Part shown: one piece after another, positions 27,760-37,974 of the stretch | How the letters are laid out: each line of letters opens with the position of its first letter | Numbering within the stretch: position 1 is the stretch's first letter | IMG/VR virus record: IMGVR_UViG_3300029922_000003 | Source: a virus | DNA: 64,000 nt | Direction: 5' to 3' (one strand) | Made by a program: the position numbers and the translations under genes | The notes under the pieces: generated by a model | Database searches by the model: none | What the model saw: only the letters and a program-made list of their open reading frames with translations | Told to the model about the DNA's origin: nothing

Positions 27760-28697
27760 AGATTGGAGATTAGGTTTGCCAGCATTTCACTCTGCTGACC
27801 TTGGGTACTGGAAATTAATGCTGCAAGAGTGGTCTCTTGAGCCCTGAGCTGCTCTAGGGCAGTAGTTAGTATCTCGAGCTGGGTGCATCCACAACATGAT
27901 GTAGAACATGTGTCTATGATTTGGATACTGTTTGTTGCCGGGTCTGTAGTTATCTGGATACAGTCAGATCCCTCTAGAAAGATCCTGCCATTGGCGTCTG
28001 GAGATACACCATTTATCTGTGTAATAGGAGATGGGACAAATGCTAAAGCGTTGTTACAGGTAGAAGTTTCTACCAGGTTCTCTCCATTGATAGCATCAAT
28101 ACGAATTACACCATACGGATCTGAATCTAACTGTTCGTAGGTAAGCCTAATGTTCTGCCCAGCCTTTAGTTTAAGAACATCTGTAGCTGTGTATAGCAGG
28201 GAGTTGCTAGGGTTGTAGATCTCAACCGACTGAAGAGCCGGCACTGAAACAAACTGGGTGTTTGCCTCAAATAGTGTACTTGCTGGCAGGAATTTAAAAA
28301 CTCCAATACCTTCACTGATTGTCTCAGAAATATCTCCAACGCCAATAGACCCCAGTACAGACACATTCGATCCAGATCCAACAAACGAATAGTAAGAGTC
28401 CTGAGTAAAAGAACTCCCCTCAATAGTTACTGTTGAAATTTGAATTGGAGATACAGTTGTGTCGCTAGGTTGGAACGAAATCTCGATAGACACATTGTCC
28501 TCAGAGACAGTTAGTGTGGATATATAGAACGTACCACCCACATAGCTCCTGGGGTAGTTGATCTGGAAAGCAACTACTAAACTATTTGGTATTACAAACG
28601 CACCAGAAACATCCGTCCTACTAGCATTCTCTTGAATCGGATAGTTTCTTTGTGAGTTTGAGTTTAGCCATTCTGGAAATACAATACTTTCTGACAT
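27756..28697 (-). CDS. Baseplate/fibre adaptor-like paralogue A
   Basis: EWLNSNSQRNYPI; INGVSPDANG; CSTSCCGC followed by a coiled coil. Confidence 0.7.
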   Translation of the reverse strand: MSESIVFPEWLNSNSQRNYPIQENASRTDVSGAFVIPNSLVVAFQINYPRSYVGGTFYISTLTVSEDNVSIEISFQPSDTTVSPIQISTVTIEGSSFTQDSYYSFVGSGSNVSVLGSIGVGDISETISEGIGVFKFLPASTLFEANTQFVSVPALQSVEIYNPSNSLLYTATDVLKLKAGQNIRLTYEQLDSDPYGVIRIDAINGENLVETSTCNNALAFVPSPITQINGVSPDANGRIFLEGSDCIQITTDPATNSIQIIDTCSTSCCGCTQLEILTTALEQLRAQETTLAALISSTQGQQSEMLANLISNL

Positions 28698-28706
28698 TTG
28701 GATCTA

Positions 28707-30986
28707 TTATGATGTAGTTAGCTGCCAGTTGACACTGGTGAATCCGATATTCCCTGTGTATGAGTCAGCTTGACCATCAATAATAGAAGCAACTCTCTCG
28801 ATTACTGTCAAGATTGAATCCCCTGGAAGCAGCCCTTGTGGATTTGACCCACCATTACTAACAGTCCCACTTGTCAGAACAACTCCACTCGCTGGTGGAG
28901 ATGAAGAGGTAACAATAGAAGACACACTTGGATAGCTTGGGATAAGGACCGAATACGCAGTGTAATTAGCAAGACTGACAGACCAGTACTGGACTGCAAA
29001 GGCAGAGGACTCAATAAAGCTGCTTAGATTTACTCCATTCCTAAGAACGTAATGAGTAGACTTGAATGTAGCAATTACTGGAGCACTACCAACTGAGGTT
29101 GACCCAAAGATTGACGATGCAATTGTTAAAGAAATGTTCCCAACAATCCCGTTCACAGGAATGTTGACTTTAGAGACGATCTGACACTTTGTTGTAGATG
29201 GTGGCAAGAAAAGCACACACGGAGTAATACCATTATAAAGACTCTCCTTGGCATTCTTCAAAGACACAATAGATACCTCCCCTGATGTCTGTACTCCATC
29301 TGTAGACAGGGTTAGAGCACCGGTTTGCTGCCCATTTATGTTGGTGGTGCTACCAACGATCTTTATGCCAGCTCCAGCGGTCAGTCGACTGACCAAAGCG
29401 GATGTAAGGAATTTCTGAGATGTTGGGTCGGTTCCTGCTATGCACGAATTACTGTCCGGTCCAGCAAGTGTGTTTAAGTCTAGTGTTAGACCTAGTGCAA
29501 GATTGCCAGATGTTGCAGGATTTCCTGTTAGGCAATCCGTAACTGAAATGGCATTGCTATTGCTCTGAAGAGAAACAACAAGTGGTTTTGCAGTGCTAAT
29601 GTTGGCACTGGAAAAGAATACCTCAAGAGCCTTAAAATATGGAGAATTCGGATCTTCTGCACTGCGAGCATTGTAGTCGTATGGCCATGGAGCATATAGC
29701 CTAAGATTTACTGTATCAATAGCTGCTGGGATCCACAGTAGATCCTGAGGAAGGCAATAAAAATCCTGACCGGCAGAAAGTGACACTCCATTGTTGGAGA
29801 TCTCAACAGAACTGGTAGGGGTTGGAGGCCACACGGAATTGAGTGGTACATCCCCCTCCCTTACGTATCTAAATACTGGTCCAGAGACAACCTGGTTGTC
29901 GAATGGATTTAGGTTAGCCCATCCAGTCAAATCTGATGGGAGGAAAAACTTAAATCGGTCTGTGTTAATGGCAATCCCTTGGACACTGTCCGTAATATCA
30001 GATGCCAATGTATTTGTGGAATACGTTGCATCCTGCCTGAAGAAAGCAACAGACAATCCTGTATTGGGGACAGCATACCAAGACCCGTAGGTTGGCCAAG
30101 CATTCCCAGTAACAGATGTAATAGAAGCTCCACTTCCTGATCCGCCAGTGTGATCAGGTTTTGATTGATCTAGGGACGAGCCACCCCAGACATCAACCCC
30201 CATTAGTCCACCAGAGTCTCTATATATCTCAACTCTAAATTCTGCTCCATATCCAACAGACGGTGTAGTCCCATTGCCCTTTATCGCAACCAAGATGTTT
30301 GGAGGAGTGTTGGACGCTGGTGAGTAGAAGTAATCTACATACCTATTACCACTGATAGTAACGCCACCAGACCCATCCGTATTCTGGCTGGATGCTGGCT
30401 TCGCGTGCAGAGGGAAATTGTAGTGGATGTGAGACTCAAATATATCTTTCTGGAGTGGAGACACAAAAGCAGAATCTCCGCTGAGGAATCCCAATTGGAC
30501 AATGGGGGCATTTGCCACCGAAGTCATCTTCCCAGGAGTCTTTGAGGATAGATAGTATCTACCAGGGGTATATGTCTGGCCTCCCTCAAGCATATAGGAT
30601 GTATTAAATCCAAGAACAGAAAGAGATTGAATATACCCACTCATCAGAATGGATCCAAGGTTGCTAGATGCACTCACGCACACTCCAACGACATAAGTCC
30701 TAGGAGTTGCTGTATACTGCTTTAGGGTTGTATTGTAAACCCCTTCAGCAATAGCCTGTTTGTAGGACTGAGAAGAGGAGTCAAAATAAACCCAATCTCC
30801 CACTTGAACTGCATTATCCAAAACAACATTTTGAATAACCAACTTCCCGTTTTGAGCACTAAAGTCGTTGAGCCTCTGGTACAGGAAGTCAGTTCTACGC
30901 TGCAAAGTAGCGATAGATCTGCCAGTAACAGATTGATTTACGAGTTCCCCGTCCGAAGGGGGTTGTACGATTGGATCCCAATTCAT
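28707..30986 (-). CDS. Baseplate/tail-fibre structural protein
   Basis: N-terminal DGELVNQSVTGRSIATLQRRTDFL helix typical of fibre anchors; beta-rich; 759 aa. Confidence 0.65.
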   Translation of the reverse strand: MNWDPIVQPPSDGELVNQSVTGRSIATLQRRTDFLYQRLNDFSAQNGKLVIQNVVLDNAVQVGDWVYFDSSSQSYKQAIAEGVYNTTLKQYTATPRTYVVGVCVSASSNLGSILMSGYIQSLSVLGFNTSYMLEGGQTYTPGRYYLSSKTPGKMTSVANAPIVQLGFLSGDSAFVSPLQKDIFESHIHYNFPLHAKPASSQNTDGSGGVTISGNRYVDYFYSPASNTPPNILVAIKGNGTTPSVGYGAEFRVEIYRDSGGLMGVDVWGGSSLDQSKPDHTGGSGSGASITSVTGNAWPTYGSWYAVPNTGLSVAFFRQDATYSTNTLASDITDSVQGIAINTDRFKFFLPSDLTGWANLNPFDNQVVSGPVFRYVREGDVPLNSVWPPTPTSSVEISNNGVSLSAGQDFYCLPQDLLWIPAAIDTVNLRLYAPWPYDYNARSAEDPNSPYFKALEVFFSSANISTAKPLVVSLQSNSNAISVTDCLTGNPATSGNLALGLTLDLNTLAGPDSNSCIAGTDPTSQKFLTSALVSRLTAGAGIKIVGSTTNINGQQTGALTLSTDGVQTSGEVSIVSLKNAKESLYNGITPCVLFLPPSTTKCQIVSKVNIPVNGIVGNISLTIASSIFGSTSVGSAPVIATFKSTHYVLRNGVNLSSFIESSAFAVQYWSVSLANYTAYSVLIPSYPSVSSIVTSSSPPASGVVLTSGTVSNGGSNPQGLLPGDSILTVIERVASIIDGQADSYTGNIGFTSVNWQLTTS

Positions 30987-30987
30987 G

Positions 30988-31626
30988 TTATTGGAAAGCT
31001 AGCCCCCAGAAGCAGTCGATATAGCTATTCGCCTGTACGACAATTGGAGAGGAGAGAGCTAGGCGGCTAAACACCACGTCCTGGCTATTATCAGAATTAA
31101 CTGGAGCACAAACCAGGGCAACACCGATAATGTTGCTAGGTCCATTAGCTCCGCTGTCTGCAAAGTAATAATTTTCAGATGACTCTCCAGCCTGAGTTGC
31201 ACTAGAAGCACTAGTCGCCACAAAAGTAGACATGTTGCTTGTGTAATTTTCAGCCAGAGTTGGGGTTGCCCCATACGCGCTAAGTTTAGCTGCAGTAAAA
31301 ATAGGTATACGAAGCCAATCCTGGATAACAGAATGGTCGCTAGAGTTCATTGACTGAAAGAAGCTAGATCCCTGGCTCCTATCTGTAATTGCAGAAATGC
31401 TTGGAATTGAAGAGCTTGTGTTTATGTAGTGGTAGTACATATGCGACACAACATATCGCATATCTCCAGAGACAAGGCGAGCCATAGCGTCTGCCGCCCC
31501 ATACATAACTAGGTTTTGTTTATGAAGAACCGGAGTGAAAACGTTAGTAGACTTGCTTCGGTACCCCATCGTAACCAATCCCTTACAAGAGGGTTGGTAA
31601 ATGTCTGTAAGGTCTAGGTTGCACAT
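30988..31626 (-). CDS. Putative baseplate wedge/fibre-attachment protein
   Basis: NLVMYGAADAMARL...VFSRLAL; gene position. Confidence 0.55.
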   Translation of the reverse strand: MCNLDLTDIYQPSCKGLVTMGYRSKSTNVFTPVLHKQNLVMYGAADAMARLVSGDMRYVVSHMYYHYINTSSSIPSISAITDRSQGSSFFQSMNSSDHSVIQDWLRIPIFTAAKLSAYGATPTLAENYTSNMSTFVATSASSATQAGESSENYYFADSGANGPSNIIGVALVCAPVNSDNSQDVVFSRLALSSPIVVQANSYIDCFWGLAFQ

Positions 31627-33365
31627 TTTGGTATTTGTTTAATCTCTAAAGTCTGCACTAAATTTGATGTATTGGAAAGATCGAATTGTTCTATTAAGAA
31701 GCCCCTGTAGTCAAGGTCATAATCATAAAAATTGTTAGATCCATAAGACCTCCCTCCTTTACTGGAAGAGCTGGCGTCAATAGATATAGCCTCTAGTATA
31801 CCAGTGGTATCAGGTGGAGCAGACCACAATGCCTGCTCCCCTGACGGGAAATCATTGAAATTCACTTCAATTAAGTCATTTAGATTAACAGAGTCAGTTT
31901 GAGTTTGGTTAGATGAAGCAGCTAGCTGGTATTGATCTATTAAATTTATTTCTAGGAATAGCATCAAAATAACATGAACAGGAGTACTAAGTTTGAGTGG
32001 ATTAATAGTCTTAAAAAATATATCTAGATTTTGTATATAATTTATATTTATTTTAATAGGAAGAATGGAATAAGTACAAAGGTCCTCGGCTAGTACCTGA
32101 GCCGGGTTCAAAAAGAAATCTACTTGGTTTGTGAAGTCAGTTTCTGGATTTGTACTATCGCTATACTTACTGAACAACTCAAATCCATAATTGTTCCCAG
32201 TCTGTCCGGCTTTCTCATTAACAGACGCCCAAAAATCCTTAATAGCCATTGGATCGCCAATTAGTGTAAACGCCACTGACTGGGACAAAGGCTGTGCTGG
32301 AGAATTGTTCTGACCATACACCGCTGGGACACTTATGTTGGGGAACGACAAAAACTGATTGGTATTTGTGGTGTACCCTGGCTTGAGGGGCAACGAAGGG
32401 AATTCCTCCCACCAGTCATACATTGTGGTATCAACTACCTCAACAACAGTGGAAAGTGGTGTGGATGCAGGAAGTACTGCACCGACCACGATGTTGTTGC
32501 GCAACATGGTCTTATCTAGCAAAGAGTACACACTCTTGTCAGTAATGATCAAATACCCCTCAGGAGTGTCCTGGATTACCTCAACGGTCTCTGACACCTC
32601 CCTGATTAATGGACTACCACTAACCGCAGATAGAAAGGAATCAAGAGCAGAAATGCTAGGTCCCTTAGACACCAACTCAAACACACTCTGAATGATTATT
32701 TTGTACTGCTCAGAAGACTCCTGTAGATTCGTGAAGATAAACCCATACTGGTCATGAAGTCGGAATGTATCCTCATCCACATCGCAGAACCAAATGACGA
32801 TCTGCTTGTCCATCTCTCCGGTTGTAGTATTTAATACATCAGCAACAGGGATGAGCGGGTTGCTGAACGGATTGCTCTTAAATACAATGCCGCCATCGTC
32901 GGCTGACAAAATAAAGTCTGCGCCATTAGCCAGGGTTACGGATGGTTGGAACAACCTATTTACCGCAAACGATCCGAGCGAAACAACGCTTTGGGGGAGT
33001 GGATAAAAATAGGAGTCACTAAGCTTAGCTGGGGTACCGTACTTCAAGAAAGAACCACTTCTGTACTTTCCTCCATCTGGCTGTTGTCCATAAAACCCAC
33101 CATCTCCATATGAAGGCACCTGAGCGTACTGCAGCATATCGCTCTCATTGATGATTACAGGAAGGACATTCTTCCTGGAGAAAGTAGGGATAGAGTATAT
33201 AGAGGAGGAGTTGATAATCTCCATCACGTCCATATAGCTCTGAAGAAGCATTTCGCTACAAGAATATCCAATTGCGTCTCCTAGTGCACCACCATCAAAA
33301 ATAGATGACCAGAATGAACCCAAGAAGTCCGCAAAGTTGCGTCCGTATGTGAGGTCGTTGTTCAA
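31614..33365 (-). CDS. Putative baseplate wedge subunit
   Basis: 583 aa following the baseplate J-like gene; KGPSISALDSFLSAVSG segment. Confidence 0.6.
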   Translation of the reverse strand: MNNDLTYGRNFADFLGSFWSSIFDGGALGDAIGYSCSEMLLQSYMDVMEIINSSSIYSIPTFSRKNVLPVIINESDMLQYAQVPSYGDGGFYGQQPDGGKYRSGSFLKYGTPAKLSDSYFYPLPQSVVSLGSFAVNRLFQPSVTLANGADFILSADDGGIVFKSNPFSNPLIPVADVLNTTTGEMDKQIVIWFCDVDEDTFRLHDQYGFIFTNLQESSEQYKIIIQSVFELVSKGPSISALDSFLSAVSGSPLIREVSETVEVIQDTPEGYLIITDKSVYSLLDKTMLRNNIVVGAVLPASTPLSTVVEVVDTTMYDWWEEFPSLPLKPGYTTNTNQFLSFPNISVPAVYGQNNSPAQPLSQSVAFTLIGDPMAIKDFWASVNEKAGQTGNNYGFELFSKYSDSTNPETDFTNQVDFFLNPAQVLAEDLCTYSILPIKININYIQNLDIFFKTINPLKLSTPVHVILMLFLEINLIDQYQLAASSNQTQTDSVNLNDLIEVNFNDFPSGEQALWSAPPDTTGILEAISIDASSSSKGGRSYGSNNFYDYDLDYRGFLIEQFDLSNTSNLVQTLEIKQIPKCAT

Positions 33366-33367
33366 AA

Positions 33368-35053
33368 TTATACTTCGATTATTGTGAGTGGGACTCCAGA
33401 GCTCTGGGTAAACATAGCGATATTTTCTGGACCATAACCAAGAGTAACGTCTGTTGGAATACCAAGGATAGATTGAGTACTCACAACAACCTCTGTAGCG
33501 TTTTGGTCTGGAGCCAGAATAGTCCCAGTAATAAGGATTGGTGTGTCTACAGATAAGACTGCTGGATCTTTATAAATTGTTGCGATAATGCCATCAACGC
33601 GAAGTTGATCCGTGGATGGGTTTATAGAGTTTATGTAATTGATCACATCAGACTGCAGGTTGAGTGCAGTAGTGGCTCCAGCTTTGACTCTAACCTTTAT
33701 TTCAGAAGTAGAAATAATGCATGGGACATACGCTTTAATTAATGTGTCCACTAGGGCCACCTGGTTTGAATTTGAATTTACAAACCCCTGTATGTCTCCA
33801 ATTCCAGGAGTTGTAATCCCATACACAGTAACTGGGATATAGTTTCCACCTGGATTTGGGTCTACCACAGGATCAAACACCACATACTCATATCCGTAAG
33901 AAGAATAGAATCCCTCAGCGACAGTGGTAATAGAGTGTAGGGTCTGACCAGATGGGATGGTAGCATTAACCCCACGCACCTTCTTAAGAATTGTGTAAGT
34001 ACTAAGTAGGTTGGCAGCCTGTGGTGTTACTCTAGAAACATCGTACATCCCTGGAATATCCCCAACACTCACTTGTACAACATACTTTCCTACATAGTCC
34101 TGAAAATCAGCTGTGCTTGCGTCTCCAGATATAATCTTGGTGGCAGTTTTCTCTATTGGGACCTCAGAGATAGAAACTGCTGTTTTTACATACACATCAC
34201 AAAAACTCCCAGACTTTACACCAAAGATGTTGTGGGAGTTCCTGGTCATTAGGTCTCCAGTTATTCCTTGAACATTGATCTGTAGAATGTAGGGGAAGTT
34301 ATCTCTAAGCGTCTGCTCTATAGACAATGGAGATGCCAGGTTCCTAACTGAAAGTGCTGGTATCAACCTGGAAACTACTTGAGCGTCAGTCTCTGCATCA
34401 CTACCGCCAGAAAAAGCTGAGAATGCCGATGCCGACACAAAGTTGTACACCTGAGCACTGGATAGTGGGGTGTACTGTGGAATGTTGTAGATTGCTCCAG
34501 TGGAGACTGCTGTAGCTGGTACAATAGCAAAGCTTTGGGTACCGGATTGGTCTGGATACAACTGGATCTGACTAGGATTTGACAGGTCTGGCGTTGCAGT
34601 AGCTATGTAATTAATTGTTGGGCTAAATACAACTCCATCCACTGTAGAGAATGTATAGCTTGATTGGATAGATAGACTAGACGGGCTACCAAGGATAGAT
34701 ACTTTAATGAACCCATTGGCAGATGTTCCGGCAACCCTAGACACAGAGAAGTTGGACAGTAGGGCGTCCACAATTGCACTGCTGGCGGTAGATGGGGATT
34801 GAATAACCTTAGATAGGGTATTGGTAGCGTTGAACTGATTAATTAGTGACTGAATCACTAAGAATATCTGAGCTTGTGGCCTAACATTTAGGTCGTTCAA
34901 ACTAGAGAGTGCAGAGAAGTCTAGATCCTGGTATGTATCGCTAAGGTACTGGCGGACAATTGCTTGAGCAGCCTGGATGTCAGACGCAGAAAATAGCGAG
35001 GGGTCAATATTGACTCCTGGGACTATATTAAAATTCTCAATGGATGTGGACAT
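33368..35053 (-). CDS. Baseplate J-like (gp6-like) wedge protein
   Basis: SRVAGTSANG, STGAIYNI, FSGGSDAETDAQVVSRL. Confidence 0.85.
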   Translation of the reverse strand: MSTSIENFNIVPGVNIDPSLFSASDIQAAQAIVRQYLSDTYQDLDFSALSSLNDLNVRPQAQIFLVIQSLINQFNATNTLSKVIQSPSTASSAIVDALLSNFSVSRVAGTSANGFIKVSILGSPSSLSIQSSYTFSTVDGVVFSPTINYIATATPDLSNPSQIQLYPDQSGTQSFAIVPATAVSTGAIYNIPQYTPLSSAQVYNFVSASAFSAFSGGSDAETDAQVVSRLIPALSVRNLASPLSIEQTLRDNFPYILQINVQGITGDLMTRNSHNIFGVKSGSFCDVYVKTAVSISEVPIEKTATKIISGDASTADFQDYVGKYVVQVSVGDIPGMYDVSRVTPQAANLLSTYTILKKVRGVNATIPSGQTLHSITTVAEGFYSSYGYEYVVFDPVVDPNPGGNYIPVTVYGITTPGIGDIQGFVNSNSNQVALVDTLIKAYVPCIISTSEIKVRVKAGATTALNLQSDVINYINSINPSTDQLRVDGIIATIYKDPAVLSVDTPILITGTILAPDQNATEVVVSTQSILGIPTDVTLGYGPENIAMFTQSSGVPLTIIEV

Positions 35054-35056
35054 AAA

Positions 35057-35515
35057 TTATGGTGTACCCCAAGCAACAGGTAGGTAAAATACAGCTGTTT
35101 CACCAGCTTGTGTAGATAACTGAAGGCTAAGAGAAATACTAGTGGCTTGAATGGAATAATTCAATAACGTAACAGTATTAATCTGCTCATCAAGGGGGGT
35201 CGTGCTAGTGTACTGAGATTTTATCCACCTAAGGGTAAGAGCACTTTGGCTAGAGAAAGCCTGTTGGATCTGAATAGGAAAGCTAATGTTCTTAGACATT
35301 AAATTTGCTATAAGAGAAGACCCATAAGATGGGTCTTCTAGTCTCTCCCCACTAGTGCTCAGCATAGCTTTTATATAGTTCTGAGATGCCTTTAGCTTCC
35401 CAGTTACGGCAAGTGCGGTAGGACGGATTCCAAGGCTTACTGGATTCCCGGAAGCATTATTATCAAATAAGGCTATATCTACGTTTCTCCCAGAATAATT
35501 TACTGTTGTTGGCAT
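35057..35515 (-). CDS. gp25/GpW-like baseplate protein
   Basis: MLSTSGERLEDPSYGSSL; directly before the baseplate J-like gene. Confidence 0.8.
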   Translation of the reverse strand: MPTTVNYSGRNVDIALFDNNASGNPVSLGIRPTALAVTGKLKASQNYIKAMLSTSGERLEDPSYGSSLIANLMSKNISFPIQIQQAFSSQSALTLRWIKSQYTSTTPLDEQINTVTLLNYSIQATSISLSLQLSTQAGETAVFYLPVAWGTP

Positions 35516-35907
35516 TATTGGGTGGTCCAGTTCAGGGATGAATCTTCGAATGTGGCAATAGCTGTAGATAGATCAGTTGCCTCTTGAGCAGCAGCAGCGT
35601 AGATGTCTTTGACATTACTTAGACCACCAGTGTCATACCCACTATACCTTATCCTCATCGCCTTTTCCAGAGCAAGACTGTGCATGCCCTCAAGTTTTAG
35701 TGGTGACCAATCTTCAATTTGAACATCTGACGCTTTTAGTCCCTGGAGTTGCTGGAGCGTGTCTGTCCGGTCAACCTGTGTCATAAAATCCTTAATGCCA
35801 TTAAACCAATCCAAAAATAGCTTTGTTTTAAACAACGATGCCAGGGTAGTAGCTTGATACAGCTCTGCCTCAGAAAAAGTTTTTGTATATGTATCTGTAG
35901 CGATCAT
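35515..35907 (-). CDS. Hypothetical protein
   Basis: 130 aa, coupled on both sides. Confidence 0.65.
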   Translation of the reverse strand: MIATDTYTKTFSEAELYQATTLASLFKTKLFLDWFNGIKDFMTQVDRTDTLQQLQGLKASDVQIEDWSPLKLEGMHSLALEKAMRIRYSGYDTGGLSNVKDIYAAAAQEATDLSTAIATFEDSSLNWTTQ

Positions 35908-36614
35908 ATCGTTTTGTCCCTAGAGTTCACTCCATCCAAAATTGACTGTGCAATCTTTGACGCCCTGTTGGAAACCTCAACTGGGCTAAGATTGAGCTTC
36001 TTTGAAATTTCATCGTTGGACATAGCTGGGTGCCCATTGCGACCTAGCTTCATATCAAGTATTTTCCTGCCATGATGATCTAGGTCATTGTAGACATACT
36101 CTGTCCAGAGGTTTAGTCTGGAGCTTTCTGGATCCTCTCCCTCGTCAACGTCTCCAACTACCTGACTCTCTGGGACCTCGTACTTGACGATTTTATTCAG
36201 CTTCTCTAGCCGGCGTCCAGAAATGCCAAGAGCATCCCTAATCTCAACATCATCGGGCTCTCTGCCATTTTCCTCTGTAAACCCTCTGATCATATTGACC
36301 ATCTTTCCGCTCTCTTCCCCGTAGTACCTAGACATTGGGGCCACCTCTGTCATATCCTTTGCCTCTCTGTTTAGTGGGCGTAGGTGATTGTAGACATGGG
36401 TAGAAAGCTTTGTACCCTGACTAGGGTCGTAAGTTTTAATCGCCTCAGATGTGAGTAGCCTAGCCTTGCTGGTCAGTAGGGCCTTGTTTACCGTCTTATT
36501 GTTATTTGCTGAAGACGCAATCATCCCACCAAAGCTATTTACAGCTCTACTTAGGTTTTCAGGAGTTGGTCTTTTTTTCCAATCCTTCCAAAGATCTTCT
36601 GGTTCTTGCGTCAT
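35904..36614 (-). CDS. Phage sigma70-family transcription factor
   Basis: Region 2 AIKTYDPSQGTKLSTHVYNHL, region 3 GREPDDVEIRDALGIS, region 4 helix-turn-helix MSNDEISKKLNLSPVEVS. Confidence 0.8.
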   Translation of the reverse strand: MTQEPEDLWKDWKKRPTPENLSRAVNSFGGMIASSANNNKTVNKALLTSKARLLTSEAIKTYDPSQGTKLSTHVYNHLRPLNREAKDMTEVAPMSRYYGEESGKMVNMIRGFTEENGREPDDVEIRDALGISGRRLEKLNKIVKYEVPESQVVGDVDEGEDPESSRLNLWTEYVYNDLDHHGRKILDMKLGRNGHPAMSNDEISKKLNLSPVEVSNRASKIAQSILDGVNSRDKTI

Positions 36615-36615
36615 G

Positions 36616-37974
36616 TTAGTCCCACTTGTCCATTGTTGCCTTAGGAAAAAAGGGGTGGCTCTTTTGTTTTTCGTATACCCCCTGCTCTAGCGCACACTCG
36701 AACCTAAATATAGTTGAAAATGTCCCTCCTGACAATACGTGATCCACACTTTTGCAGTATCCATCAATAGTTGCGCCAAAAGCACTCATAGGACCGCCAT
36801 CGAATGATTTAGCTCCTGAGAACGGAGAGAATGTAGCGCAAACTCCAGGAAAGGCTCCAGGAGCAACAGGAGTAACAATGTTGAAGGTTTTTTGCCTATT
36901 TGAATATGAAAGAACATGTGTCTGTGCATACGCAGTAATAGGGGATGTGGTACTGTCTGGAAAGTCAGATCCATTCAGCATACTCATCCACCCAGGGGCT
37001 GCAAGCAACATAGACCCCTTTGACCCTGGAAGCGTAGATGAGTAGCTCCCGAGCTTTATAGGAGAAAACTGATTTGTATAGTTGGAGGTTGTGGTTCCAA
37101 TAGCTGTTGGAGCGACAACAATACAATCTTTGGGCGACCTAGTGGTCAGGGCACTCCTATCTACCTTCTGGATAAAACTAGTTGGTATTTGATTTTCCTG
37201 AGCTGCAACTCCAACAAAATTGGGCATTATACACACATTGCCACCTGGTTTGCAGACAAGTGCACAATCAAACGCTGCAATAATGCCAGATAAAACATCC
37301 CACAAAGAACTGCTAGTACCAGCCCTTTGTAAACACCCATCTATGTATCTAGAAGCTCCCGAAGCTATTCCGGCGTTCGACCCAAAAACAAATACTCCCG
37401 TATTGCTCCACCCACTAATCTGGTTGAGTATATTAATGGCAGTCTGCTTGTCTGTTCCAGACACCACCGGTGCATATCCACTAACAGACTGAGCAGAGCT
37501 CTTGCTAATTACATTACCCAATCCGGTACAAATGATACTAGAGAATGGTTGGGTCCAGTCGCTTACAAAAAACTTAGACAACCCGCTAGACGCAGATGCA
37601 ACTGCAGAAGAATCTGTAGTATACAACAGGGAGGTAACATCAGCAGTACTCCCCGGACTCACACCAGGCAGAGAGCTTGTTATTTCATCAAGATCCCTAG
37701 CTACGTGAATCAAAGATACTGATGGGACCAATCCTCCATTCATATTGGAATAACCCACTCCAACAACATAACCAAAGAAAATATTAACACCGTCAACGGT
37801 TAGAGTTGCTTGTATATCTGTACCAATAAAGTCAGTAAGATCCTCTGGCCTAACTCCAACCTGACACGTAGGAATCCCTCCAACCTCAGCGTGGGAATTA
37901 ACTGAGGTTACTGATATGCCATTTAGTTTTACTACTGGCTTGTTTACACTATTGGCAGTACCAAGGAATGTCAT
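36616..37974 (-). CDS. Putative baseplate hub (gp27/GpD-like)
   Basis: Beta-rich 452 aa; C-terminal GYCKSVDHVL..G.FSTIFRF; position downstream of the tape measure. Confidence 0.6.
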   Translation of the reverse strand: MTFLGTANSVNKPVVKLNGISVTSVNSHAEVGGIPTCQVGVRPEDLTDFIGTDIQATLTVDGVNIFFGYVVGVGYSNMNGGLVPSVSLIHVARDLDEITSSLPGVSPGSTADVTSLLYTTDSSAVASASSGLSKFFVSDWTQPFSSIICTGLGNVISKSSAQSVSGYAPVVSGTDKQTAINILNQISGWSNTGVFVFGSNAGIASGASRYIDGCLQRAGTSSSLWDVLSGIIAAFDCALVCKPGGNVCIMPNFVGVAAQENQIPTSFIQKVDRSALTTRSPKDCIVVAPTAIGTTTSNYTNQFSPIKLGSYSSTLPGSKGSMLLAAPGWMSMLNGSDFPDSTTSPITAYAQTHVLSYSNRQKTFNIVTPVAPGAFPGVCATFSPFSGAKSFDGGPMSAFGATIDGYCKSVDHVLSGGTFSTIFRFECALEQGVYEKQKSHPFFPKATMDKWD

